From the NCBI GenBank assembly GCA_950097015.1, contig CATNEN010000001.1, positions 3,968,001-4,032,000 on the forward strand: DNA of 64,000 bases. The letters run 5' to 3'. Source of the DNA: Macrostomum hystrix (taxonomy: Eukaryota; Animalia; Platyhelminthes). Position numbers and translations under genes: made by a program. The notes under the pieces are model-generated. The model worked only from the letters and a program-made list of their open reading frames with translations. It made no database searches and had not been told where the DNA came from. The first letter of the stretch is position 1; each line of letters starts with the position of its first letter. This document shows, piece after piece, positions 36,101-51,100 of the stretch.

Positions 36101-39100
36101 TGATGATCCCCCAGTTGATGATGATCCCCCAGTTGATGATGATACCCCAGTTGATGATGATCCCCCTGTTGATGATGATCCCCAAGTTGATGATGATCCC
36201 TCAGTTGACAATGATCCCACAGTTGACAATGATCCCCCAGTCGACAATTATCCCCCAGTTGACAATGATCACCCACTTGATAATGATCACTCAGTTGATT
36301 ATGATCACTCAGTTGATTATGATCACTCAGTTGATTATGATCACCCAGATGAATGATCCCCCAGTTGATGATGATCCCCCAGTTGATGATGATCCCCCAG
36401 TTGATGATGATTCCCCAGTTGACAATTATCCCCCAGTCGACAATTATCCCCGAGTTGACCATGATCCGCCAGTTGACAATGATCACCCACTTGATAATGA
36501 TCCCCCAGTTGACCATGATCCCCAAGTTGACAAAGATTCCCAGTTGACAATGATCACTCAGTTGATTATGATCTCTGAGTTGATTATGATCAGCCAGTTG
36601 ACAAGTATCCCCCAGTTGATGATGATCCCCCAGTTGACAATGATCCCACAGTTGACAATGATCAGTCAGTTGATTATGATCACTCAGTTGACAATGATCA
36701 CCCAGTTGACAATGATCCCCCAGTTGACAATGATCCCACAGTTGACAATGATCCCCCAGTTAACAATGAACCCCAGTTGACAATTTTCCCCCAGTCGAAA
36801 ATGATCCCCCAGTTGACCATAATCCCCAAGTTGACAATGATTCCCAGTTGACAATGATCCACAAGTTGACAATGATCACTCAGTTGATTATGATCACCCA
36901 GTTGACAATGATCCCCCATTTGATGATGATCCCCCAGTTGATGATGATCCCCCAGTTGATGATGATCCCCCAGTTGATTATGATCCCCCAGTTGATGATG
37001 ATCCCCCAGTTGATGATGATTCCCCAGTTGACAATTATCACCCAGTTGACAATGATCCCCCAGTTGACAATGATTCCCAGTTGATTATGATCACTCAGTT
37101 GATGATGATCCCCCAGTTGATGATGATTCCCCAGTTGACAATTATCACCCAGTTGACAATGATCTTCCAGTTGACAATGATCCCACAGTTGACAATGATC
37201 CCACAGTTGACAATGACAATGACAAGTATCCCCCAGTTGATGATGATCCCCCAGTTGACAATGATTCCCAGTTGACAATGATCCACAAGTTGACAATGAT
37301 CACTCAGTTGATTATGATCACCCAGTTGACAATGATCCCCCATTTGATGATGATCCCTCAGTTGATGATGATCCCCCAGTTGATGATGATCCCCCAGTTG
37401 ATGATGATCCCCCAGTTGACCATGATCCCCAAGTTGACAAAGATTCCCAGTTGACAATGATCCACAAGTTGAAAATGATCACTCAGTTGATTATGATCAC
37501 TCAGTTGACAATTATCCCCCAGTTGACAATGATCCCACAGTTGACAATGATCCCCCAGTTGACAATGATCCCCCATTTGATTATGATCCCCCAGTTGATG
37601 ATGATCCCCCAGTTGATGATGATTCCCCAGTTGACAATTATCACCCAGTTGACAATGATCCCCCAGTTGACAATGATTCCCAGTTGATTATGATCACTCA
37701 GTTGATGATGATCCCCCAGTTGATGATGATTCCCCAGTTGACAATTATCACCCAGTTGACAATGATCCCACAGTTGACAATGATCCCACAGTTGACAATG
37801 ACAATGACAATGATTCCCAGTTGTCAATGATCCACAAGTTGACAAAGATTCCCAGTTGACAATGATCCACAAGTTAACAATGATCACTCAGTTGATTATG
37901 ATCACTGAGTTGATTATGATCAGCCAGTTGACAAGTATCCCCCAGTTGATGATGATCCCCCAGTTGACAATGATCCCACAGTTGACAATGATCCACAAGT
38001 TGACAATGATCACTCAGTTGATTATGATCACCCAGTTGACAATGATCCCCCATTTGATGATGATCCCCCAGTTGATTATGATCACTCAGTTGACAATTAT
38101 CCCCCAGTTGACAATGATCCCACAGTTGACAATGATCCCCCAGTTGACAATGATCCCCCATTTGATTATGATCCCCCAGTTGATGATGATCCCCCAGTTG
38201 ATTATGATTCCCCAGTTGACAATTATCACCCAGTTGACAATGATCCCCCAGTTGACAATGATCCCCCATTTGATTATGATCCCCCAGTTGATGATGATCC
38301 CCCAGTTGATTATGATTCCCCAGTTGACAATTATCACCCAGTTGACATTGATCTTCCAGTTGACAATGATCCCACAGTTGACAATGACAATGACAATGAT
38401 TCCCAGTTGTCAATGATCCACAAGTTGACAAAGATTCCCAGTTGACAATGATCCACAAGTTAACAATGATCACTCAGTTGATTATGATCACTGAGTTGAT
38501 TATGATCAGCCAGTTGACAAGTATCCCCCAGTTGATGATGATCCCCCAGTTGACAATGATCCCACAGTTGACAATGATCCACAAGTTGACAATGATCACT
38601 CAGTTGATTATGATCACCCAGTTGACAATGATCCCCCATTTGATGATGATCCCTCAGTTGATGATGATCCCCCAGTTGATGATGATCCCCCAGTTGATGA
38701 TGATACCCCAGTTGATGATGATCCCCCTGTTGATGATGATCCCCAAGTTGATGATGATCCCTCAGTTGACAATGATCCCACAGTTGACAATGATCCCCCA
38801 GTCGACAATTATCCCCCAGTTGACAATGATCACCCACTTGATAATGATCACTCAGTTGATTATGATCACTCAGTTGATTATGATCACTCAGTTGATTATG
38901 ATCACCCAGATGAATGATCCCCCAGTTGATGATGATCCCCCAGTTGATGATGATCCCCCAGTTGATGATGATTCCCCAGTTGACAATTATCCCCCAGTCG
39001 ACAATTATCCCCGAGTTGACCATGATCCGCCAGTTGACAATGATCACCCACTTGATAATGATCCCCCAGTTGACCATGATCCCCAAGTTGACAAAGATTC

Positions 39101-42100
39101 CCAGTTGACAATGATCACTCAGTTGATTATGATCTCTGAGTTGATTATGATCAGCCAGTTGACAAGTATCCCCCAGTTGATGATGATCCCCCAGTTGACA
39201 ATGATCCCACAGTTGACAATGATCAGTCAGTTGATTATGATCACTCAGTTGACAATGATCACCCAGTTGACAATGATCCCCCAGTTGACAATGATCCCAC
39301 AGTTGACAATGATCCCCCAGTTAACAATGAACCCCAGTTGACAATGATCCCCCAGTTGATTATGATCCCCCAGTTGATGATGATCCCCCAGTTGATGATG
39401 ATTCCCCAGTTGACAATTATCACCCAGTTGACAATGATCCCCCAGTTGACAATGATTCCCAGTTGATTATGATCACTCAGTTGATGATGATCCCCCAGTT
39501 GATGATGATTCCCCAGTTGACAATTATCACCCAGTTGACAATGATCTTCCAGTTGACAATGATCCCACAGTTGACAATGATCCCACAGTTGACAATGACA
39601 ATGACAAGTATCCCCCAGTTGATGATGATCCCCCAGTTGACAATGATTCCCAGTTGACAATGATCCACAAGTTGACAATGATCACTCAGTTGATTATGAT
39701 CACCCAGTTGACAATGATCCCCCATTTGATGATGATCCCTCAGTTGATGATGATCCCCCAGTTGATGATGATCCCCCAGTTGATGATGATCCCCCAGTTG
39801 ACCATGATCCCCAAGTTGACAAAGATTCCCAGTTGACAATGATCCACAAGTTGAAAATGATCACTCAGTTGATTATGATCACTCAGTTGACAATTATCCC
39901 CCAGTTGACAATGATCCCACAGTTGACAATGATCCCCCAGTTGACAATGATCCCCCATTTGATTATGATCCCCCAGTTGATGATGATCCCCCAGTTGATG
40001 ATGATTCCCCAGTTGACAATTATCACCCAGTTGACAATGATCCCCCAGTTGACAATGATTCCCAGTTGATTATGATCACTCAGTTGATGATGATCCCCCA
40101 GTTGATGATGATTCCCCAGTTGACAATTATCACCCAGTTGACAATGATCTTCCAGTTGACAATGATCCCACAGTTGACAATGATCCCACAGTTGACAATG
40201 ACAATGACAATGATTCCCAGTTGTCAATGATCCACAAGTTGACAAAGATTCCCAGTTGACAATGATCCACAAGTTAACAATGATCACTCAGTTGATTATG
40301 ATCACTGAGTTGATTATGATCAGCCAGTTGACAAGTATCCCCCAGTTGATGATGATCCCCCAGTTGACAATGATCCCACAGTTGACAATGATCCACAAGT
40401 TGACAATGATCACTCAGTTGATTATGATCACCCAGTTGACAATGATCCCCCATTTGATGATGATCCCTCAGTTGATGATGATCCCCCAGTTGATGATGAT
40501 CCCCCAGTTGATGATGATACCCCAGTTGATGATGATCCCCCTGTTGATGATGATCCCCAAGTTGATGATGATCCCTCAGTTGACAATGATCCCACAGTTG
40601 ACAATGATCCCCCAGTCGACAATTATCCCCCAGTTGACAATGATCACCCACTTGATAATGATCACTCAGTTGATTATGATCACTCAGTTGATTATGATCA
40701 CTCAGTTGATTATGATCACCCAGATGAATGATCCCCCAGTTGATGATGATCCCCCAGTTGATGATGATCCCCCAGTTGATGATGATTCCCCAGTTGACAA
40801 TTATCCCCCAGTCGACAATTATCCCCGAGTTGACCATGATCCGCCAGTTGACAATGATCACCCACTTGATAATGATCCCCCAGTTGACCATGATCCCCAA
40901 GTTGACAAAGATTCCCAGTTGACAATGATCACTCAGTTGATTATGATCTCTGAGTTGATTATGATCAGCCAGTTGACAAGTATCCCCCAGTTGATGATGA
41001 TCCCCCAGTTGACAATGATCCCACAGTTGACAATGATCAGTCAGTTGATTATGATCACTCAGTTGACAATGATCACCCAGTTGACAATGATCCCCCAGTT
41101 GACAATGATCCCACAGTTGACAATGATCCCCCAGTTAACAATGAACCCCAGTTGACAATTTTCCCCCAGTCGAAAATGATCCCCCAGTTGACCATAATCC
41201 CCAAGTTGACAATGATTCCCAGTTGACAATGATCCACAAGTTGACAATGATCACTCAGTTGATTATGATCACCCAGTTGACAATGATCCCCCATTTGATG
41301 ATGATCCCCCAGTTGATGATGATCCCCCAGTTGATGATGATCCCCCAGTTGATTATGATCCCCCAGTTGATGATGATCCCCCAGTTGATGATGATTCCCC
41401 AGTTGACAATTATCACCCAGTTGACAATGATCCCCCAGTTGACAATGATTCCCAGTTGATTATGATCACTCAGTTGATGATGATCCCCCAGTTGATGATG
41501 ATTCCCCAGTTGACAATTATCACCCAGTTGACAATGATCTTCCAGTTGACAATGATCCCACAGTTGACAATGATCCCACAGTTGACAATGACAATGACAA
41601 GTATCCCCCAGTTGATGATGATCCCCCAGTTGACAATGATTCCCAGTTGACAATGATCCACAAGTTGACAATGATCACTCAGTTGATTATGATCACCCAG
41701 TTGACAATGATCCCCCATTTGATGATGATCCCTCAGTTGATGATGATCCCCCAGTTGATGATGATCCCCCAGTTGATGATGATCCCCCAGTTGACCATGA
41801 TCCCCAAGTTGACAAAGATTCCCAGTTGACAATGATCCACAAGTTGAAAATGATCACTCAGTTGATTATGATCACTCAGTTGACAATTATCCCCCAGTTG
41901 ACAATGATCCCACAGTTGACAATGATCCCCCAGTTGACAATGATCCCCCATTTGATTATGATCCCCCAGTTGATGATGATCCCCCAGTTGATGATGATTC
42001 CCCAGTTGACAATTATCACCCAGTTGACAATGATCCCCCAGTTGACAATGATTCCCAGTTGATTATGATCACTCAGTTGATGATGATCCCCCAGTTGATG

Positions 42101-45100
42101 ATGATTCCCCAGTTGACAATTATCACCCAGTTGACAATGATCTTCCAGTTGACAATGATCCCACAGTTGACAATGATCCCACAGTTGACAATGACAATGA
42201 CAATGATTCCCAGTTGTCAATGATCCACAAGTTGACAAAGATTCCCAGTTGACAATGATCCACAAGTTAACAATGATCACTCAGTTGATTATGATCACTG
42301 AGTTGATTATGATCAGCCAGTTGACAAGTATCCCCCAGTTGATGATGATCCCCCAGTTGACAATGATCCCACAGTTGACAATGATCCACAAGTTGACAAT
42401 GATCACTCAGTTGATTATGATCACCCAGTTGACAATGATCCCCCATTTGATGATGATCCCCCAGTTGATGATAATCCCCCAGTTGATGATGATCCCCCAG
42501 TTGATGATGATCCCCCAGTTGACCATGATCCCACAGTTGACAATGATCCACAAGTTGACAATGATCAGTCAGTTGATTATGATCACTCAGTTGACAATGA
42601 TCACCCAGTTGACAATGATCCCCCAGTTGACAATGATCCCACAGTTGACAATGATCCCCCAGTTAACAATGAACCCCAGTTGACAATTATCCCCCAGTCG
42701 AAAATGATCCCCCAGTTGACCATGATCCCCAAGTTGACAATGATTCCCAGTTGACAATGATCCACAAGTTGACAATGATCACTCAGTTGATTATGATCAC
42801 CCAGTTGACAATGATCCCCCATTTGATGATGATCCCCCAGTTGATTATGATCACTCAGTTGACAATTATCCCCCAGTTGACAATGATCCCACAGTTGACA
42901 ATGATCCCCCAGTTGACAATGATCCCCCATTTGATTATGATCCCCCAGTTGATGATGATCCCCCAGTTGATTATGATTCCCCAGTTGACAATTATCACCC
43001 AGTTGACAATGATCCCCCAGTTGACAATGATCCCCCATTTGATTATGATCCCCCAGTTGATGATGATCCCCCAGTTGATTATGATTCCCCAGTTGACAAT
43101 TATCACCCAGTTGACAATGATCCCACAGTTGACAATGACAATGACAATGATTCCCAGTTGTCAATGATCCACAAGTTGACAAAGATTCCCAGTTGACAAT
43201 GATCCACAAGTTAACAATGATCACTCAGTTGATTATGATCACTGAGTTGATTATGATCAGCCAGTTGACAAGTATCCCCCAGTTGATGATGATCCCCCAG
43301 TTGACAATGATCCCACAGTTGACAATGATCCACAAGTTGACAATGATCACTCAGTTGATTATGATCACCCAGTTGACAATGATCCCCCATTTGATGATGA
43401 TCCCTCAGTTGATGATGATCCCCCAGTTGATGATGATCCCCCAGTTGATGATGATCCCCCAGTTGACCATGATCCCCAAGTTGACAAAGATTCCCAGTTG
43501 ACAATGATCCACAAGTTGAAAATGATCACTCAGTTGATTATGATCACTCAGTTGACAATTATCCCCCAGTTGACAATGATCCCACAGTTGACAATGATCC
43601 CCCATTTGATTATGATCCCCCAGTTGATAATGATCCCCCAGTTGATGATGATTCCCCAGTTGACAATTATCACCCAGTTGACAATGATCCCACAGTTGAC
43701 AATGATTCCCAGTTGACAATAATCACTCAGTTGATGATGATTCCCCAGTTGACAATAATCCCCCAGTCGACAATTATCCCCGAGTTGACCATGATCCGCC
43801 AGTTGACAATGATCACCCACTTGATAATGATCCCCCAGTTGACCATGATCCCCAAGTTGACAAAGATTCCCAGTTGACAATGATCACTCAGTTGATTATG
43901 ATCTCTGAGTTGATTATGATCAGCCAGTTGACAAGTATCCCCCAGTTGATGATGATCCCCCAGTTGACAATGATCCCACAGTTGACAATGATCCACAAGT
44001 TGACAATGATCAGTCAGTTGATTATGACCACTCAGTTGACAATGATCACCCAGTTGACAATGATCCCCCTGTTGACAATGATTCCCAGTTGACAATGATC
44101 ACTCAGTTGATTATGATCACTCAGTTGATGATGATCCCCCAGTTGATGATGATCCCCCAGTTGACAATGATCCCCCAGTTACCAATGAACCCCAGTTGAC
44201 AATTATCCCCCAGTCGAAAATGATCCCCCAGTTGACCATGATCCCCAAGTTGACAATGATCCCCCAGTTGACCATGATCCCCAAGTTGACAATGATTCCC
44301 ATTTGAGAATGATCCACAAGTTGACAATGATCACTCAGTTGATTATGATCTCTGAGTTTATTATGATCAGCCAGTTGACAAGTATCCCCCAGTTGATGAT
44401 GATCCCCCAGTTGACAATGATCCCACAGTTGACAATGATCCACAAGTTGACAATGATCAGTCAGTTGATTATGATCACTCAGTTGACAATGATCACCCAG
44501 TTGACAATTATCCCCCAGTCGACAATTATCCCCCAGTTGACCATGATCCGCCAGTTGACAATGATCACCCACTTGATAATGATCACTCAGTTGATTATGA
44601 TCACTCAGCTGATTATGATCACCCAGTTGACAATGATCCCCCAGTTGATGATGATCCCCCAGTTGACAATTATCCCCCAGTCGACAATTATCCCCCAGTT
44701 GACCATGATCCGCCAGTTGACAATGATCACCCACTTGATAATGATCCCCCAGTTGACCATGATCCCCAAGTTGACAAAGATTCCCAGTTGACAATGATCC
44801 ACAAGTTAACAATGATCACTCAGTTGATTATGATCACTGAGTTGATTATGATCAGCCAGTTGACAAGTATCCCCCAGTTGATGATGATCCCACAGTTGAC
44901 AATGATCCACAAGTTGACAATGATCACTCAGTTGATTATGATCACCCAGTTGACAATGATCCCCCATTTGATGATGATCCCCCAGTTGATGATGATCCCC
45001 CAGTTGATGATGATCCCCCAGTTGACCATGATCCCCAAGTTGACAAAGATTCCCAGTTGACAATGATCCACAAGTTGAAAATGATCACTCAGTTGATTAT

Positions 45101-48100
45101 GATCACTCAGTTGACAATTATCCCCCAGTTGACAATGATCCCACAGTTGATGATGATCCCCCAGTTGACAATGATCCCACAGTTGACAATGATCCACAAG
45201 TTGACAATGATCACTCAGTTGATTATGATCACCCAGTTGACAATGATCCCCGATTTGATGATGATCCCCCAGTTGATGATGATCCCCCAGTTGATGATGA
45301 TCCCCCAGTTGATGATGATCCCCCAGTTGATGATGATCCCCCAGTTGACCATGATCCCCAAGTTGACAAAGATTCCCAGTTGACAATGATCCACAAGTTG
45401 AAAATGATCACTCAGTTGATTATGATCACTCAGTTGACAATTATCCCCCAGTTGACAATGATCCCACAGTTGACAATGATCCCCCAGTTGACAATGATCC
45501 CCCTTTTGATTATGATCCCCCAGTTGATCATGATTCCCCAGTTGACAATTATCACCCAGTTGACAATGATCCCCCAGTTGACAATGATCACTCAGTTGAC
45601 AATGATCACTCAGTTGATGATGATCCCCCAGTTGATGATGATTCCCCAGTTGACAATTATCACCCTGTTGACAATGACAATGATTCCCAGTTGACAATGA
45701 TCCACAAGTTGACAAAGATTCCCAGTTGACAATGATCCACAAGTTAACAATGATCACTCAGTTGATTATGATCACTGAGTTGATTATGATCAGCCAGTTG
45801 ACAAGTATCCCCCAGTTGATGATGATCCCCCAGTTGACAATGATCCCACAGTTGACAATGATCCACAAGTTGACAATGATCAGTCAGTTTATTATGATCA
45901 CTCAGTTGACAATGATCACCCAGTTGACAATGATCCCACAGTTGACAATGATTCCCAGTTGACAATGATCACTCAGTTGATTATGATCACTCAGTTGATG
46001 ATGATCCCCCAGTTGATGATGATTCCCCAGTTGACAATAATCCCCCAGTCGACAATTATCCCCCAGTTGACCATGATCCGCCAGTTGACAATGATCACCC
46101 ACTTGATAATGATCCCCCAGTTGACCATGATCCCCAAGTTGACAAAGATTCCCAGTTGACAATGATCACTCAGTTGATTATGATCTCTGAGTTGATTATG
46201 ATCAGCCAGTTGACAAGTATCCCCCAGTTGATGATGATCCCCCAGTTGACAATGATCCCACAGTTGACAATGATCCACAAGTTGACAATGATCAGTCAGT
46301 TGATTATGATCACTCAGTTGACAATGATCACCCAGTTGACAATGATCCCCCTGTTGACAATGATTCCCAGTTGACAATGATCCCCCAGTTGATGATGATC
46401 CCCCAGTTGATGATGATCCCCCAGTTGACAATTATCCCCCAGTCGACAATTATCCCCCTGTTGACCATGATCCGCCAGTTGACAATGATCACCCACTTGA
46501 TAATGATCCCTCAGTTGACCATGATCCCCAAGTTGACAAAGATTCCCAGTTGACCATGATCCCCAAGTTGACAATGATTCCCAGTTGACAATGATCCACA
46601 AGTTGACAATGATCACTCAGTTGATTATGATCACTCAGTTGACAATGATCACCCAGTTGACAATTATCCCCCAGTCGACAATTATCCCCCAGTTGACCAA
46701 GATCCGCCAGTTGACAATGATCACCCACTTGATAATGATCACTCAGTTGATTATGATCACTGAGTTGATTATGATCAGCCAGTTGACAAGTATCCCCCAG
46801 TTGATGATGATCCCACAGTTGACAATGATCCACAAGTTGACAATGATCACTCAGTTGATTATGATCACCCAGTTGACAATGATCCCCCATTTGATGATGA
46901 TCCCCCAGTTGATGATGATCCCCCAGTTGATGATGATCCCCCAGTTGATGATGATCCCCCAGTTGACCATGATCCCCAAGTTGACAAAGATTCCCAGTTG
47001 ACAATGATCCACAAGTTGAAAATGATCACTCAGTTGATTATGATCACTCAGTTGACAATTATCCCCCAGTTGACAATGATCCCACAGTTGACAATGATCC
47101 CCCAGTTGACAATGATCCCCCTTTTGATTATGATCCCCCAGTTGATTATGATTCCCCAGTTGACAATTATCACCCAGTTGACAATGATCCCCCAGTTGAC
47201 AATGATCACTCAGTTGATGATGATCCCCCAGTTGATGATGATTGCCCAGTTGACAATTATCACCCTGTTGACAATGACAATGATTCCCAGTTGACAATGA
47301 TCCACAAGTTGACAAAGATTCCCAGTTGACAATGATCCACAAGTTAACAATGATCACTCAGTTGATTATGATCACTGAGTTGATTATGATCAGCCAGTTG
47401 ACAAGTATCCCCCAGTTGATGATGATCCCCCAGTTGACAATGATCCCACAGTTGACAATGATCCACAAGTTGACAATGATCAGTCAGTTGATTATGATCA
47501 CTCAGTTGACAATGATCACCCAGTTGACAATGATCCCACAGTTGACAATGATTCCCAGTTGACAATGATCACTCAGTTGATTATGATCACTCAGTTGATG
47601 ATGATCCCCCAGTTGATGATGATTCCCCAGTTGACAATAATCCCCCAGTCGACAATTATCCCCCAGTTGACCATGATCCGCCAGTTGACAATGATCACCC
47701 ACTTGATAATGATCCCCCAGTTGACCATGATCCCCAAGTTGACAAAGATTCCCAGTTGACAATGATCACTCAGTTGATTATGATCTCTGAGTTGATTATG
47801 ATCAGCCAGTTGACAAGTATCCCCCAGTTGATGATGATCCCCCAGTTGACAATGATCCCACAGTTGACAATGATCCACAAGTTGACAATGATCAGTCAGT
47901 TGATTATGATCACTCAGTTGACAATGATCACCCAGTTGACAATGATCCCCCTGTTGACAATGATTCCCAGTTGACAATGATCACTCAGTTGATTATGATC
48001 ACTCAGTTGATGATGATCCCTCAGTTGATGATGATCCCCCAGTTGACAATGATCCCCCAGTTACCAATGAACCCCAGTTGACAATTATCCCCCAGTCGAA

Positions 48101-51100
48101 AATGATCCCCCAGTTGACCATGATCCCCAAGTTGACAATGATCCCCCAGTTGACCATGATCCCCAAGTTGACAATGATTCCCAGTTGACAATGATCCACA
48201 AGTAGACAATGATCACTCAGTTGATTATGATCACTCAGTTGACAATGATCACCCAGTTGACAATTATCCCCCAGTCGACAATTATCCCCCAGTTGACCAT
48301 GATCCGCCAGTTGACAATGATCACCCACTTGATAATGATCCCCCAGTTGACCATGATCCCCAAGTTGACAAAGATTCCCAGTCGACAATGATCCACAAGT
48401 TAACAATGATCACTCAGTTGATTATGATCACTGAGTTGATTATGATCAGCCAGTTGACAAGTATCCCCCAGTTGATGATGATCCCACAGTTGACAATGAT
48501 CCACAAGTTGACAATGATCACTCAGTTGATTATGATCACCCAGTTGACAATGATCCCCCATTTGATGATGATCCCCCAGTTGATGATGATCCCCCAGTTG
48601 ATGATGATCCCCCAGTTGATGATGATCCCCCAGTTGACCATGATCCCCAAGTTGACAAAGATTCCCAGTTGACAATGATCCACAAGTTGAAAATGATCAC
48701 TCAGTTGATTATGATCACTCAGTTGACAATTATTCCCCAGTTGACAATGATCCCACAGTTAACAATGATCCCCCAGTTGACAATGATCCCCCATTTGATT
48801 ATGATCCCCCAGTTGATTATGATTCCCCAGTTGACAATTATCACCCAGTTGACAATGATCCCCCAGTTGACAATGATTCCCAGTTGACAATGATCACTCA
48901 GTTGATTATGATCACTCAGTTGATGATGATTCCCCAGTTGACAATTATCACCCAGTTGACAATGATCACCCAGTTGACAATGATCCCACAGTTGACAATG
49001 ACAATGATTCCCAGTTGACAATGATCCACAAGTTGACAATGACAATTATTCCCAGTTGACAATGATCCACAAGTTGACAAAGATTCCCAGTTGACAATGA
49101 TCCACAAGTTAACAATGATCACTCAGTTGATTATGATCACTGAGTTGATTATGATCAGCCAGTTGACAAGTATTCCCCAGTTGATGATGATCCCCCAGTT
49201 GACAATGATCCCACAGTTGACAATGATCCACAAGTTGACAAAGATCAGTCAGTTGATTATGATCACTCAGTTGACAATGATCACCCAGTTGACAATGATC
49301 CCCCAGTTGATGATGATCCCCCAGTTGATGATGATCCCCCAGTTGACAATTATCCCCCAGTCGACAATTATCCCCCTGTTGACCATGATCCGCCAGTTGA
49401 CAATGATCACCCACTTGATAATGATCCCTCAGTTGACCATGATCCCCAAGTTGACAAAGATTCCCAGTTGACCATGATCCCCAAGTTGACAATGATTCCC
49501 AGTTGACAATGATCCACAAGTTGACAATGATCACTCAGTTGATTATGATCACTCAGTTGACAATGATCACCCAGTTGACAATTATCCCCCAGTCGACAAT
49601 TATCCCCCAGTTGACCAAGATCCGCCAGTTGACAATGATCACCCACTTGATAATGATCACTCAGTTGATTATGATCACTGAGTTGATTATGATCAGCCAG
49701 TTGACAAGTATCCCCCAGTTGATGATGATCCCACAGTTGACAATGATCCACAAGTTGACAATGATCACTCAGTTGATTATGATCACCCAGTTGACAATGA
49801 TCCCCCATTTGATGATGATCCCCCAGTTGATGATGATCCCCCAGTTGATGATGATCCCCCAGTTGATGATGATCCCCCAGTTGACCATGATCCCCAAGTT
49901 GACAAAGATTCCCAGTTGACAATGATCCACAAGTTGAAAATGATCACTCAGTTGATTATGATCACTCAGTTGACAATTATCCCCCAGTTGACAATGATCC
50001 CACAGTTGACAATGATCCCCCAGTTGACAATGATCCCCCTTTTGATTATGATCCCCCAGTTGATTATGATTCCCCAGTTGACAATTATCACCCAGTTGAC
50101 AATGATCCCCCAGTTGACAATGATCACTCAGTTGATGATGATCCCCCAGTTGATGATGATTGCCCAGTTGACAATTATCACCCTGTTGACAATGACAATG
50201 ATTCCCAGTTGACAATGATCCACAAGTTGACAAAGATTCCCAGTTGACAATGATCCACAAGTTAACAATGATCACTCAGTTGATTATGATCACTGAGTTG
50301 ATTATGATCAGCCAGTTGACAAGTATCCCCCAGTTGATGATGATCCCCCAGTTGACAATGATCCCACAGTTGACAATGATCCACAAGTTGACAATGATCA
50401 GTCAGTTGATTATGATCACTCAGTTGACAATGATCACCCAGTTGACAATGATCCCACAGTTGACAATGATTCCCAGTTGACAATGATCACTCAGTTGATT
50501 ATGATCACTCAGTTGATGATGATCCCCCAGTTGATGATGATTCCCCAGTTGACAATAATCCCCCAGTCGACAATTATCCCCCAGTTGACCATGATCCGCC
50601 AGTTGACAATGATCACCCACTTGATAATGATCCCCCAGTTGACCATGATCCCCAAGTTGACAAAGATTCCCAGTTGACAATGATCACTCAGTTGATTATG
50701 ATCTCTGAGTTGATTATGATCAGCCAGTTGACAAGTATCCCCCAGTTGATGATGATCCCCCAGTTGACAATGATCCCACAGTTGACAATGATCCACAAGT
50801 TGACAATGATCAGTCAGTTGATTATGATCACTCAGTTGACAATGATCACCCAGTTGACAATGATCCCCCTGTTGACAATGATTCCCAGTTGACAATGATC
50901 ACTCAGTTGATTATGATCACTCAGTTGATGATGATCCCTCAGTTGATGATGATCCCCCAGTTGACAATGATCCCCCAGTTACCAATGAACCCCAGTTGAC
51001 AATTATCCCCCAGTCGAAAATGATCCCCCAGTTGACCATGATCCCCAAGTTGACAATGATCCCCCAGTTGACCATGATCCCCAAGTTGACAATGATTCCC